A stretch of DNA of 63,286 nt, filler included, from Octopus bimaculoides (Eukaryota): NCBI RefSeq assembly GCF_001194135.2. It is 8 parts of 8 records of this genome, joined end to end, with 100 filler letters (N's around TTAATTAATTAA, not from the genome) between each part and the next. Parts side by side here need not be neighbours in the genome. Positions count along the whole stretch, not along the records: positions 1 to 24,789 come from NC_068990.1; positions 24,890 to 38,042 come from NC_069009.1; 6 more parts are not named here. The stretch is one strand, 5' to 3'. Positions 12,720 through 26,884 of this stretch are shown here, in pieces. Within the stretch, counting starts at the first letter, position 1, and every line of letters starts with the position of its first letter. The notes beneath the pieces were generated by a model, which did not search any database, was not told where the DNA came from, and saw only the letters and a list, made by a program, of their open reading frames with translations. The translations under genes were made by a program, and so were the position numbers.

Positions 12720-13045
12720 AGCGGCGATCTGGCAGAAACGTTAGCAAGCCGGGCGAAATGCTTAGCGGTGTTTCGTTTGCCGTTACGTTCTGAGTTCAAA
12801 TTCCGCCGAAGTCGACTTTGCCTTTCATCCTTTCGCGGTCGATAAATTAAGGACCAGTTACGCACTAGGGTTGATGCAATCGACTTAATCCCTTTGTCTG
12901 TCCTTGCTTGTCCCTTCTATGTTTAGCCCCTTGTGGGCAATAACGAAATAAGAAACGTTAGCACGCCGGGCAAAATGCTTAGCGGTATTTCGTCTGTCTT
13001 TACGTTCGAGTTCAAATTCCGCCGTGTTCGACTTTGGCTTTCATC
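12720..13045 (+). mobile_element. SINE family A, dimeric arrangement cut by a gap
   Basis: Full head at 12720; second head GAAACGTTAGCACGCCGGGC at about 12953. Confidence 0.9.
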
Positions 13046-14425
13046 NNNNNNNNNNNNNNNNNNNNNNNNNNNNNNNNNNNNNNNNNNNNNNNNNNNNNNN
13101 NNNNNNNNNNNNNNNNNNNNNNNNNNNNNNNNNNNNNNNNNNNNNNNNNNNNNNNNNNNNNNNNNNNNNNNNNNNNNNNNNNNNNNNNNNNNNNNNNNNN
13201 NNNNNNNNNNNNNNNNNNNNNNNNNNNNNNNNNNNNNNNNNNNNNNNNNNNNNNNNNNNNNNNNNNNNNNNNNNNNNNNNNNNNNNNNNNNNNNNNNNNN
13301 NNNNNNNNNNNNNNNNNNNNNNNNNNNNNNNNNNNNNNNNNNNNNNNNNNNNNNNNNNNNNNNNNNNNNNNNNNNNNNNNNNNNNNNNNNNNNNNNNNNN
13401 NNNNNNNNNNNNNNNNNNNNNNNNNNNNNNNNNNNNNNNNNNNNNNNNNNNNNNNNNNNNNNNNNNNNNNNNNNNNNNNNNNNNNNNNNNNNNNNNNNNN
13501 NNNNNNNNNNNNNNNNNNNNNNNNNNNNNNNNNNNNNNNNNNNNNNNNNNNNNNNNNNNNNNNNNNNNNNNNNNNNNNNNNNNNNNNNNNNNNNNNNNNN
13601 NNNNNNNNNNNNNNNNNNNNNNNNNNNNNNNNNNNNNNNNNNNNNNNNNNNNNNNNNNNNNNNNNNNNNNNNNNNNNNNNNNNNNNNNNNNNNNNNNNNN
13701 NNNNNGGGCTTCTTTCAGTTTCTGTCTACCAAATCCACTCACAAGGCTTTGGTCGGCCCGAGGCTATAGTAGAAGACACTTGCCCAAGGTGTCACGCAAT
13801 AGGACTGAACCCGGAACCGCATTTCGTCCGTTTTTTTTTTTTATATATTGTGAGCTCAATTTCTGCCGGTGTTGATTTTGCCTTTCGCCCTTTTTCGTAC
13901 CAGTCAAGTACAGGGATCGATGAAATTGACTACTCCACTCCCACCTAAAATTTCAGGCCTTGTGCCAATAGTAAGCAAGGATTAAACCAGTAGTCGTGCA
14001 ATAGGAGGGGGGGATTTGGCTGTTATATCTAGCACGTTGAGCGACTTAACGCAGTGACTCCCTCCCTGTAAAAACATGGAGGCAACGAAATGGCGGTTGG
14101 TTTGATGAATAAATGAATTAGGAAGAAAATTAGTTGTAAGATTAGGTGAGGCTGTTTCGTGTGGAAGACTTGCAATTCTAAAGCATTCCTCACAGAGATA
14201 CGCACACAACCATACATTCTGACATACTTACAGACACACTCATTGAGGCATATATATACATATATAAACATACACAAACATATTTATATACCTACATATA
14301 CACATAGATATATCTATTTATGCGTTTCAGCCTAAAGGCTGTGGCCATGCTGTGGCACACAAACACATCTATATATTTTATATATATCATAGGTATGTAT
14401 ATATATATATACATGAATGCATACG

Positions 14426-14503
<78 letters not shown>

Positions 14504-14684
14504 GTGCATTTATATATATATACACAGACATAAGCACAGACATGTATACGCACATACGTGTATGCACACGATATTATACAAATATATACTATTGGCTAAA
14601 CTGGCAATATGACCATCCCCAAGTACAACAACATATATTATATATTTGTACATGTACACACACACGCGCACACACATACACACA

Positions 14685-14716
<32 letters not shown>

Positions 14717-14883
14717 GACACACACACACACATACTTTCTGCAAGCAGACCTTATCAAAAATCATTATTTGTTCCTCGCGCAGATCTCTTTCTATGCCTT
14801 AAAATAAATAACCTTGTTTCCTGCCTCCTCCCACTTCTCTTGCTGCTACATCAGCTACCACCACCAAGACTCTACTACTACTT

Positions 14884-14921
<38 letters not shown>

Positions 14922-15129
14922 GCTATTACTACTACTTCTACTACTACTTCTACTACTACTATCACCAACAACATCAATCTATCATGACCCCCACACACAA
15001 ACACACTCATACACTCCATCGCTGCTACTGCCAAGCCCCCACCGCCTCTGCCACGACCACCACCTCCAAATCTCCTACTTCACTCCCAGCAAAGCAATAA
15101 ATCAACCCCTTTCTACATGGTCGTTTTAC

Positions 15130-15500
15130 TTTTTGCTAGAAACAGCAAGCAAATCTCCCTCGTTGATAATGTAGTCCTTCGTAGACATGCATCCCCTTTT
15201 AAAAAGAGGATCCGGTCGGTCACGACAGTGGCGCCGTCGATCATAGGGTCCATCGGATCAGGGCTGGCTTGTGGTTGAACAGCTACTGCTGCTGCTACTA
15301 CTACAGTTACTGTTCAAACGGGAGTTACTATCACCACCAAAGGAGGTAGCTTCTATACAGTAGTTCGATCTGCTAGAAGTAGCAGCTAAGTAAACGTCTC
15401 TCCCTTTCTCTCTCAAAGCGAACCCTGTAGTTTCAAATAAGGAAGAAAAAAAGGGACACATTAGACAATGTAGTCCTAGATACCCCCCATGAAAACATGA
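15130..15500 (+). mobile_element. Degenerate family E copies
   Basis: GCTAGAAACAGCAAGCAAATCTCCC, GATAATGTAGTCCT and GGGACACATTAGACAATGTAGTCCTAGATAC match 31720-32270 in reverse complement. Confidence 0.6.
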
Positions 15501-15699
15501 CAGGGTCAAAGGGCGAGCAGGGATAGCAATTTCAGCCATCTTCCCTATTACAACCTAACTGGGAGAATTTGGATTAGGCTCACACAACACACACTAACAA
15601 AGACGCATACACACACACACACACAACGAACTGGATGCACACAGACGTCAATACATGCACATACACACACTATATAAACGTCTATACACGCACCTACAG

Positions 15700-15731
<32 letters not shown>

Positions 15732-16124
15732 CTCAGCTCACTCGCACACATCATACCAAACATACACACATACTCTTCTTTACGCTAACATCTTATACTC
15801 ACACACACAAACGTACACACACGCACGCACGCACGCACGCACGCAGCGGCAGATCCCATTTATAAAGCTGATAGTGAAATTCTCGTTATCTCCCTTCACC
15901 ATTTTGTTTTCAGACATAACCCCTAGGGATTTCACATACTCAGCCCCTACCTCAGACATTTCAAGGGAGTTTCTCTAGGGATCAGTGTTTAACCCTTAGC
16001 TCAGACCGCCACCACCGTCAGAACCCATCTTCGTCGTCGTGGTCGTGGTGTTTAAGGACTCTCTCTCAGCCATCAACCACCATTGCACGAGACAAGAACC
16101 ATTCAACGCCAATGTGGTCGCACG

Positions 16125-16320
16125 AGCAGCTAGAAACAGCAGTAATACCTCCCCGAAAATTTGAATAGAAACAAAGACACATTGGAGTATGTAGCCCTGA
16201 GTTACCTTGCGCAAAAGTAAAAACAAAAAAAAAATTTTTTTTAAACAGGATGGTCACCATTGGAGCGCTCTTGATCATAAATTTGTTGGATTCGAACTGA
16301 CCTGGTGTTAAATAATTACC
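16125..16320 (+). mobile_element. Degenerate family E copy
   Basis: AAACAGGATGGTCA..TTGATCATA..CTGACCTGGTGTTAAA matches family E. Confidence 0.6.
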
Positions 16321-16607
16321 ACTGCAATAATTACAACCCGCCACAAATTCTCACAACCACCACCACTACCACCACCACTACTACTACTATTACCATGACA
16401 TCAGCAGGTAACCAAATACATGAGACACCAGCAGGGACACACCGACTACCATCATCAGCAGCATCATCATCATTACCGTATTGGCCTCGACACAAACCCG
16501 ATATACGCTCGACCTCTTCAGTTAGAAATAGCAACCAAATCGCCCTCGAATCACACAGTTCTCGCTTCTCAAGAAATGCAACAACATAGACAGTGCAGTC
16601 ACAGTTA

Positions 16608-16645
<38 letters not shown>

Positions 16646-18056
16646 CAGACTACGGCCATGCTGGGGCACCGCCTTGAATTCTAGTTGAACGGATCGACCC
16701 CCTTCCACCCGTGACACACATATATATTTATTCTTTTGCCGAACCACTGGTGCTGGTGTTAGGGGCAAGTAAACACAGCANNNNNNNNNNAAATAAAATG
16801 TTTCACCACCGTCACCGTCCCTACATCCCCACCCTTATCTCCACCGTCCCCGCCCTCAACTTGGCAGCTCAGTGGCGATGGTGGTGGGGAAAATGAATGA
16901 AAGGAAATAGGGGAGACAAAAGGCTGTGGTGCTGGGAGGAGGGGGAGGAGGAGGAGAGGTCAAGTTAAGAAAAGAAAAGAAAGCAGCATCTAAAATAAGA
17001 TGGGTGGAGGTGGAGGAAAGGGTTAAAAAGAATGTTAACAGGGTAGGAGGATGAGGAGAGAAACAATGGAGGGTTAGAGGAGGAGGAAGAAGAGAAAGGG
17101 AGAATGGAAGAGGAAAACAAAAGAAACAAATTATAAAATAAGAATGCAGACAGGTAGGAGGAGGAAGAGGAGATAGAGAGAGAGAGAAGGAGGGGGAGAG
17201 AAGAGGTTTGTAAGCAGGTGTAGTGTCGTTAAAAGTCCATTGGTCAGTCTTAATTGATTAGACCGATGACGAAAAATGTTCCGGCCAAGACTATCTCGTC
17301 TGATTGTATATCCAAAGACTACTACATTAATTGTACCAATCCTTTATTTTAAAAATGGTCAGTAGAATGTGACTTGAGGAAGATTTGGTTGTCATTTCTA
17401 GCTGGTCCAGCAAACTACCCGAGCTTTCCGCGTTTTCCGTGTGTCAGTTGATACAACGCTACAGCATAATCCATAATGGATTGTAGCGTAGTATCACATA
17501 GTATGGTTTAAAAATTAACGTATTTGTAGATTCAACAGAGACACTATCTCTGTACTACATGTAGCTGTCAATTGAAACATAATACCGATGATATATCGCA
17601 GTGTATAGAATATACGTTATGCTGATACCATTTAAAATTGTATATCACCAGTTCTGAAACCTGTCGCATTGCCGAAGGCAAGATGGTAGAATTTTAAATT
17701 AAAATGTTTTGTCCTTTCAAAATGCTATCTTTTATAGAAAATATAAAATATATTCGGATTTAAATACAGTCTTTGAAAGAATCAGAAAGTTATTAAACTT
17801 CTATTTCCGTTTACAGAAGAAATATGTTATATTAAAGGTTTTCAATTGAGTGAAATATCGAAAAATTGCTCGTCTTTTTAAAGCGAAAGCTTTTAATGAA
17901 TATTTTTTTAATATTACTTAAGAAAAAAAAAAGTTCTTTTATCTAGATGCGTTCTCCATAGACAACATTGCTAATCAAGGTTTCGTCTTCATTATCATGT
18001 CTTTCTGGGTGTTTGGGCAATTTGTAGGAAACTTAGCTGTTGTCTCACGGAAGAGT

Positions 18057-18086
18057 CTTTGACGTTTCGAGCCTACGCTCCTCTAC
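18057..18086 (-). ncRNA. Truncated HHR of family P1 (stem II-GAAA-CG-UC-stem I), interrupted by SINE B
   Basis: Minus strand GAGCGTAGGCTCGAAACGTCAAAG; the CUG core half is replaced by SINE B sequence from 18087. Confidence 0.5.
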
Positions 18087-19283
18087 ACTCACAAGGCTTA
18101 GGTGACTCGACGTCATAGTATAAGACACTTGCTCATGGTACCACGTGCTTGACTGAAGCCGAAACTATGAGACTGGGAAGCGATCTTAAGCACACAGCCA
18201 TGCCTGCGCCCAATCCAAAAAGACATCCAAACACCAAGCAGCCGAGCAATCATCAATCATAGCCGTTACTGGCAAACGAGTATGATCTGGTAGCATGTAC
18301 CATGCTTTCGTTAATTGTTTTACTGCTTATGTAGTCGCAAGCAGACGTGGACACGCTAGAAAGCTTCCAGAGTATGACAGCTGGAGGGGCAGGTCGACCT
18401 CAGCACCAAGCTGGTAGTCATTTCCAGATGGGTAAACCAAAGCGACATGAAATTAAGCGGCTTGCTCAAGGAATGGTTGACAGCCAGTTTTAGTGAAAGT
18501 AAACTGCGACAGACACCAGATAGACACTGGAAGTGACGATGGTGATATTCCATAATTCCATTGCTATTATTATAACAACAGACCGATGCGTGAAACGTAA
18601 CATAGGAAACCTATCAATCGAATACGAAACGTAATATCCTTTGCGTTATAATGGGTTAAAGTGTTCTGCTTGCTCGATCAAGTGTCTCTCAATCAGGCAG
18701 CGTCTTCTAGATGAACGCGTTTTTACTACTCCAATCACCCAATTCCCTTAAATGCTACTTAATCCGGTGATATTTTCGACGCTTGTGCTCATATGAAATT
18801 ATGGAGACTATCGACGACACTATGGCGCAATTTACTTCCACTTTAGTCCGGCATTAAATTGCATAGTAACCGAGAAGGTCTAAACCGGCACCCGACTGCT
18901 TCTCTAAACCGGCACCCGACTGCTCAGTAAACTAAAGCAACATGGATTGAAGCGCTTTGCTCAAGATACAAATACGCTGCCCGACCCAGCAACCGATCTC
19001 ACGACTCTATAATCGCGAACCCGACAGCCTAACCACTAAGCCACGCACCTTCACATCCAACCGTTACAATACGCTAACCGTTTATACACCCAATATTCTC
19101 TGACCAGAACGTGATTCAACTTCCAGGAAATCCTTCCTTGTAACCAATTGATAAGCATCAGAATAAAATTAGCCTCAATGGCTTCAATCTCACCGACCCC
19201 GGGTGGGGATTCGTCGTGTAATGTTCCTTGTTCAAGATATGGCTTATAAAATAAGAAATATTAGTCATAATTTGTCATTATTA

Positions 19284-19497
19284 GGGCGGAGAGCTCGCAG
19301 AATCGTTAGTGCCAAGGACGAAATGCTTAGCGGTACTTCACCCGTCGCTACGTTCTAAGATCAAATTCCGCCAAGGTCGACTTTACCTTTCATCCTTTCG
19401 AGGTCGGTAAAATAAGTACCAGTGAAATACTGGATCGCTGTAATCGACTATTCCCCTCCCCCAAAATTTCAGGCCTTGTGCCTAGAGTAGAAAGGGT
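19284..19497 (+). mobile_element. SINE family A, full length
   Basis: Head, GATCAAATTCCGCC box and tail CAGGCCTTGTGCCTAGAGTAGAAAGG. Confidence 0.9.
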
Positions 19498-19799
19498 TAT
19501 TCCACTGTTATTGGTGCTTATGCTTGTCTTTTGTTTTAAAGTTGTGTTGTTTTGCTTTCTGTATAATAAAGTGGTAGGGGTGTGACAATAAGAGTGGTGG
19601 GAGGAGGCTACGAAACGGCTGCAATTGTATTTATAGAGTTAATTCATTAGAAAGATAATGTAATGTGTGTGTGTGTGTGTGTGTGTGTGTGTTCATATCT
19701 TTTATTCTTTTACTTGTTTCAGTCATTAGACTGCGGCCATGCTGGAGCATTGCCTTGTGGAATTTTTGTCAAGTAAATCGTGTCCATTTATTATTCTTG

Positions 19800-19856
<57 letters not shown>

Positions 19857-20610
19857 GTAGGTTCATTTACGCTAATACGTACGCTCGCGCTCACGCTTTA
19901 CACAACCATATTCTATGCGAGTGTATACACGCATATATACATAGTCATGTGTGTGCATGTGTATATATATATATGTAGAAATATTATACATGTACTTAAC
20001 AAAACTGTCATACTTGTAAAAATAAATAAAAATAAATAAATAAAATTAGTGCATCTGCACATTGTAAAGTGCATTACGAGTGATAAAGTGCAGAGTGGAT
20101 AATAAACATTGTGTTCAGTTCATCTGCGGCTGCAAGATTTTTCAGTAAAAATAGCTGTAACTGCTGCACCGTGTTAAACACAAGAAGGGAAGACAAAATA
20201 CTACATTCTGTGAAAGGAATGTTTGGCGTGCCGAGTGCAAATGTACTTCTTTCTTTGGGAATATATGCTATGACTTGGCTGACACACACACGCGCACACG
20301 CGCCTTCTCTTTCCCCCTCTCCCTCTCTCTCACAGACTCACAGACTTACACACACATACTCTTTCTGTCTGTCTCTCTCTCTTTTTATATAGAATTTCCA
20401 TCTGTCCACTTCTTTCTTTTATACATTATATATATATTTCTCTGTGCCTTTCTTTCTCCTAGATATTTAGTTCATCTGTCTATCTCTCTCATGTACCTTA
20501 TACAGACTCTCTCTCTCTCTCCCTCTCATATACTATTTCTATCTATCTATCTATATTTCTTTCTTTCTTTCTTTCGTACTATCTGCATTTTTCTCTATCT
20601 ATCTATCCAC

Positions 20611-20641
<31 letters not shown>

Positions 20642-20669
20642 ACTATCTGTTTGCCTTTTTATCTATCTG

Positions 20670-20729
<60 letters not shown>

Positions 20730-21183
20730 CATTCATACACTCTATACCTGTCTCTCACATATCTCTATACCTCTCACTACACCCATATCAATCAATCACT
20801 CAATCTCTCTATATTCTGTTAGTTTGTCTCTCTCTCTCTCTTTCTCCCCCTCCTCCTCAGTGTCTGTATGTCGTTGTCATGCAATGCACGGATGTTTTTG
20901 CTTTTCTTCGTTTATTTATTTTAGCTCCCTGGTTCAGTTTGTCACCATGCTCAAGGCCACGCTGGAGCAACGCCAGCGCGCGCGTCTGTACTGGCTGTGT
21001 ATATTGTATAATATATATTTATATAGATACAATGATTGTTTGGCTGTGCGTTCACTCGTATACACACACACACACACATACATAGCCGTATACACACACA
21101 CACACATACATAGCCGTCCATTCACACACTTTCACAGTCAATATTTACTCTTCCGAACTAGACAGACAGACAGACAGACAGAC

Positions 21184-21214
<31 letters not shown>

Positions 21215-22079
21215 ATGAAAGAAAGAGAGAAAGAAAGAAAGAAAGAGAGAGAGAAAGAAAGAGAAAGAAAGAAAGAAAGAAAGAGCATGAAAGAGAGAGA
21301 GAAAGAGACTTTGTAAATGAGCAGGTTACTTACAAAACGTGTGTGTGCATGTATCTGCGCTTGTGTGTGTGTGTGTGAGTATGTGTGTGTGTGTGTGAGT
21401 GTGTGTGTGTGTGTGTGTGTATATTGAATAGGAGAGATTCATGAAACACAGTTCAAGGGGTCGAGAAAAATCCCAAAAGGATTCTATGCGATTTTAAAGA
21501 TGGAAGAAGTAGTGAGCAGATATATAGATCAGATATAATGTTTTAGCATACATACATACATACAAATACTCACAGAGGAGAGTATACACACCCATTTACA
21601 CAGACACGTGAATACGTAAGCGCACCAAACGCTCACAAATATATACACTCAAAGATCAGAGCCTATTTGTCTAGAATCGCTAGGAAATGCGAACAAAATA
21701 CAAATACGTATACACACACACAAGCAATATATGTGTGTGTGTGTGTGTGTGTAAGAGAGAGGGGGGGGGGAGATTGGAAAACAATTTTGGTATTATTCAC
21801 GTATTCCATTTGCAAAATTGTACGTGAAAGAGAAACATTGTTAGACATTATTTCAAATAGAATATGTCCAACTTGTTTCCCCGACGTGGGCAAGTTTGTA
21901 ACTCCTGTTAGCAAATGAAACACGTGTAAAGGTGAAGGAAAAATACCAAAATTTCTTACACTACAGAAAATATCTTCCAGTAATTTTTCAATTCTTATGC
22001 ATACCTCACACCAATATAACATCCAGATACAATTTTGGAGTACTGGAATAAGCTGGTGTACTTTAAGAGGACACAGCTT

Positions 22080-22130
22080 GAGTCTGACGAGTTGCTAAGC
22101 GATTACCAAGTACGAAATCAAAGGTCACTC
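22080..22130 (+). ncRNA. Type I hammerhead ribozyme with intact core
   Basis: GAGT-CTGACGA-GT.TGCTAA(GCGA)TTACCA.AGTAC-GAAA-TC(AAA)GG-TC|ACTC: stem I GAGT/ACTC, GNRA-capped stem II, GUC cleavage site after 22126. Confidence 0.7.
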
Positions 22131-22152
22131 TATCACTTTTAACTTCCTAATA

Positions 22153-22270
22153 CAGTAATCCCTTGTCATATCGCGGTTCACTCAGTACATCGCGGATTTT
22201 TCTGGCTAATATATGTAAATTTATATCGCGGAATCCTCAGTATATCGCGGGTTTCTGCGGCCGATAGGTA
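22153..22270 (+). mobile_element. pogo/Tigger-like DNA transposon end (MITE fragment)
   Basis: TA|CAGTAATCCC.. terminus followed by repeated ATATCGCGG subterminal motifs. Confidence 0.5.
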
Positions 22271-23202
22271 TTTACGTTTTTTTAGACTTTAATTATTTCT
22301 GTGGGAGGTTTTGGAACGTAACACACGCGATAGTCGAGGGATATATATAAACAAATAATAAATGAGTATATGCATGCCTACGTTTACCTGTATATATAGG
22401 TGCATATCTGGGTACAGGACGTTGCAAACAAAACGTAGACAAGAAAATAATAATAACCAGAGTACAGAAAACACACAAGCCACATAGAGAACATTTTCCT
22501 TCATCAGCTACCCCCATTTCAACACCGGCGTTTCGAAGAGTTTGTTAAAACTGGAGAAGAGAAAATGTTATCGTCTCTTCTCCATTTTTAACGGATTTGT
22601 TGAGTTTTATGGGATACTTTTTCCATAAATTCACATAACACACCATCTACAAGTATTATTTTCATATTTGCAAACTTACGCCAGAAAGCTACCAGCAAAA
22701 TATGGAGAATCTTTATTAGAAATCGGTTTTTGGAAACCTTCAAATTAAAGGACGAAATATTATCGAACCTTTTCACATACACACACACATATAAAAGACC
22801 CACATTTAGCAGAGGAGGTCGAAAACCAATATGAAGCAACTACGAAAAGAAAAGCTATTTGGAACATGTCTTGCCACGTAGGACAGACACAGTTGATATG
22901 ATAGGAGCATTTCGATATTGAACCATTATTCATATACAATTATACACACATACGCACCCGTATATATATGCGTGAGGGCATATAAACAGACGTATGGCTG
23001 TGTGTGTGNNNNNNNNNNNNNNNNNNNNNNNNNNNNNNNNNNNNNATATATATATACGACGGGATTCTTTCAGTCTCCGCCTACCAAATCCACTCATAAG
23101 GCTTTGGTTGGCCCGAGGCTATAGTGGAAGACACTTTCCCCAAGGTGCCACGCAGTGAGATTGAACCCGGAACCATATGGTTGGGAAGTAAGCTTCTTAC
23201 CG

Positions 23203-23245
<43 letters not shown>

Positions 23246-23418
23246 AGTGTAAACACGCATGTATACAGTTAGATAGATAGATAGATCGCTGTATTTATAT
23301 AAAGTTGTATACACTAGCGCGCACGCGCAAATATATTTTTGCTCGTTTGGCTGTTTGTTACATGAACACATACACTCATAAATATATAGAGATATGTACA
23401 CACACAATACATATACAT

Positions 23419-23455
<37 letters not shown>

Positions 23456-23619
23456 CGTGTGTGTATGTGTGTTTGTTTATATGTATATATATATAACTTC
23501 ATATAAAATATACGTACATAGGCATGTTTCGGCTAGAAAGGACCTATGTATGTATACATACTCGTACATTTTATATAGAAGTTCACATTTATAAACACAT
23601 ACACACATATACATACATC

Positions 23620-23673
<54 letters not shown>

Positions 23674-24047
23674 ACATGTATACACATACACGTATGTTCG
23701 TATATAATATGCCTATATATANNNNNNNNNNNNNNNNNNNNNNNNNNNNNNNNNNNNNNNNNNNNNNNNNNNNNNNNNNNNNNNNNNNNNNNNNNNNNNN
23801 NNNNNNNNNNNNNNNNNNNNNNNNNNNNNNNNNNNNNNNNNNNNNNNNNNNNNNNNNNNNNNNNNNNNNNNNNNNNNNNNNNNNNNNNNNNNNNNNNNNN
23901 NNNNNNNNNNNNNNNNNNNNNNATATACCGGAGTAAGCACATGAAATGTGCAACAAGGTGGAAAAAAGAGTACTCAAATACCAGAGGTATAGTAATATGC
24001 TTTATTTAAAAGCAGCAGAAATATAACAAAAATGCTTTTAAATAAAG

Positions 24048-24104
<57 letters not shown>

Positions 24105-24833
24105 ACACATTACGGCGAGACCCCAGGTCATGTCAACTATTGGGAAGCACTCTGGGTAGTCACCCTTACGGGAAGATGGAGCAATTATCATAACTAATAA
24201 TATTTTCAAATTGTCCCACGCAAACGGCAAACGAAAGAAGAATTTAACGGATGCAAACTCTTATTCTATCATCTAATTAATTAAGAGAAGAGGAACGGAA
24301 AATATTTTACTGATAAATTAATTAAGGAGGGGCAAAAGTTGGTATTATGAATTACTACGCTTTTTTCGAAGTCAAGTTTCAAGCCATGCTATTGTGGGCC
24401 ACAAAAGCCTACATTGAGAAAAGAATGGTGCTAGGTTTAAAACATCCGGATATGTGTGTGTGTTGTGTTTTGTTTCTTTCTCTCTTGTCATATATATATG
24501 TACACACATACACACACATATATATATACATATATATGTATATACATATATATATATACATATATATGTATGCATGTATGTATATATGTGTGGATGAGTA
24601 GGTGGGTGTATGTTTTTATTCACATTCAGAAACGTGTGTATGTATTTGTTGTTCGTGAGTTCATTTTTGATGTCAGAAGGCATTCCTGTCGTGACCATCC
24701 CGTCGTTTTCAGCCCTTTAGGTACAGTGTATCTAGGAATATACCAAATCCAGTACCATTTTCGTTTTTTTTTTTTTTTTTTTTTTTTTTNNNNNNNNNNN
24801 NNNNNNNNNNNNNNNNNNNNNNNNNNNNNNNNN

Positions 24834-24845
24834 TTAATTAATTAA
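24834..24845. other. Artificial six-frame-stop linker TTAATTAATTAA inside a 100-bp N gap (also 38087, 41007, 43559, 51028, 54017, 57463)
   Basis: Identical 12-mer centred in N runs seven times. Confidence 0.95.
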
Positions 24846-24889
24846 NNNNNNNNNNNNNNNNNNNNNNNNNNNNNNNNNNNNNNNNNNNN

Positions 24890-25235
24890 GTTGAGAAGAA
24901 TTCTTTGGTGTTTGGATAATTCACCTTTGGAAACATGGGTGTTTTGCTCAACATCCTTAAACAAACCTTATTCAGGGACCTTTTGAGCGGGATGGGCTAC
25001 TCGACCTGAAGAAAATTCTAACTGGGCCCCACCTGCGAGGTCATGCGTTGTTTATCTTGATATGAGATCACCATGTCATGTACATATGGTTGTGATGCAT
25101 GTACCTGGTGTACCCTTATCAAACGGGTATTCATGATGGGTATACTGGGCTTTGTATGTTTTACTCCAGTGTCACTTTGATGGCATGCACTGCTCTCTCA
25201 CTCAATAATAATAATTATTATAATTATAATTATAA
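24890..25235 (+). mobile_element. 3' end of a non-LTR retrotransposon with (TAA)n tail
   Basis: Structured GC-richer segment ending CTCTCTCACTCAATAATAAT..; clade not determined. Confidence 0.5.
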
Positions 25236-26265
25236 TTTATAGACCGGGCATGTGATGTGAAGCAACAATTGAACTAAACTTCTCTTCCCAAGTTTCTGGC
25301 CTTGTACATGCAGTAGAAAGGATGGTTGTTGTTGTTGTTGTTGTCGTTATTATTACCCAAGTTACCAAGGTGGTCAGCTGGCAGAATTGTTAGCGCACAG
25401 GACGAAATGCTTAGTGGTATTTTCACCCAGCGCTACGTTGTGAGTTCAAATTCTGCCAAGGTCAGCTTTGCTTTTCATCCTTTCTGGGTTGATTGAATAA
25501 GTACCAGTTATACATTGGGGTCAATGTAATTGACTTAATCCCCTCTGCCTTGTGGCAAAAATTTGAGATCATTATTACCCAAGGTACCACTGTGTGGAAC
25601 TTTGGGCAAGTGTCTTCCACAATAGCCTTGGGCTGACCAAAACTTTGTGAATAGATTTGGTAGATGGAAACTGAAAGAAGCCCATCATATGTATATATAC
25701 ATATATCTATATCTATATATATATATACATACATACATATATATATATTATAAGGTTTTTAACTTTTAAATTTTCATATTCAAAAGAGACAGAGACTTCA
25801 AATTCGATATATCGATTTATTCACCACTCTATGTTAACATTTCTGTGCCAAACTTATCCAGTGACTGGTCCCTTATAATATAAATATAAACTGTGAGAAC
25901 GACCCTTAAGGAATCTAGTTAATGATCCCCTAAGGTAAGTTCTTATGCTATATTGGTAACGGTTGCTACATCCTCTGGAAAATTATTATACATACATATA
26001 TATATATNNNNNNNNNNNNNNNNNNNNNNNNNNNNNNNNNNNNNNNNNNNNNNNNNNNNNNNNNNNNNNNNNNNNNNNNNNNNNNNNNNNNNNNNNNNNN
26101 NNNNNNNNNNNNNNNNNNNNNNNNNNNNNNNNNNNNNNNNNNNNNNNNNNNNNNNNNNNNNNNNNNNNNNNNNNNNNNNNNNNNNNNNNNNNNNNNNNNN
26201 NNNNNNNNNNNNNNNNNNNNNNNNNNNNNNNNNNNNNNNNNNNNNNNNNNNNNNNNNNNNNNNNN

Positions 26266-26515
26266 GTGTATGTATGTATGTATGTATGTATGTATGTATA
26301 CATATGTGTGTGTATGTATGTATGTATGTATGTATGTATACATATGTGTGTGTATGTATGTATGTATGTATGCATTCATGTATGTATACATATGTGTGTG
26401 TATGTATGTATGTACGTATGTATGTATGCATGTATGCATGTATACATGTGTGTGTATGTATGTATGTATGTATGTATGCATGTATGTATGTATATATATA
26501 TATATATATATATAC

Positions 26516-26546
<31 letters not shown>

Positions 26547-26620
26547 TGCATGCATGTATGTATGTATACATATGTGTGTGTATGTATGTATGTATGCATG
26601 TATGTATGTATCTATGAATG
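26266..26620. repeat. Complex (TATG)n/(TG)n/(TA)n satellite with ~40-bp higher-order units
   Basis: Recurrent TATGTATGTATACATATGTGTG units; source of the MYVC/YIHT ORFs. Confidence 0.9.
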
Positions 26621-26846
26621 TACATGATGGGTTGTTGCTCATGTTTTTAATTCTGATCATCTCTGATGTGTACTTGAACCTGTCACCCCATCTTCCCATA
26701 TCGCTGTCTTCTTCTTCAGATGATTGCCATACTTTGCCCACGTCACATGACCACACCAGGACAGCTGTCTTCTTCTATATTCTGTCTTGCTCATGTGCAT
26801 GCACACACATACACACACACACGCGCGCGCACACACATACACACAC

Positions 26847-26884
<38 letters not shown>

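Noticed and set aside
15258-16768. Protein-looking ORFs (MAEIAIPARP.., MLNNYHCNN.., MRHQQGHTD..)
   Set aside because: Built largely from degenerate family E repeats and ACT/ACC/CAT microsatellites
20275-21378. 367-aa ORF
   Set aside because: Composed of CT/TCTA/CA/GAAA microsatellites
22495-22545. Minus-strand GAAACG..CTGATGAAGG as a permuted (type II) HHR in the repeat also seen at about 50597
   Set aside because: The halves are present, but stems I and III do not pair and U16.1 is missing
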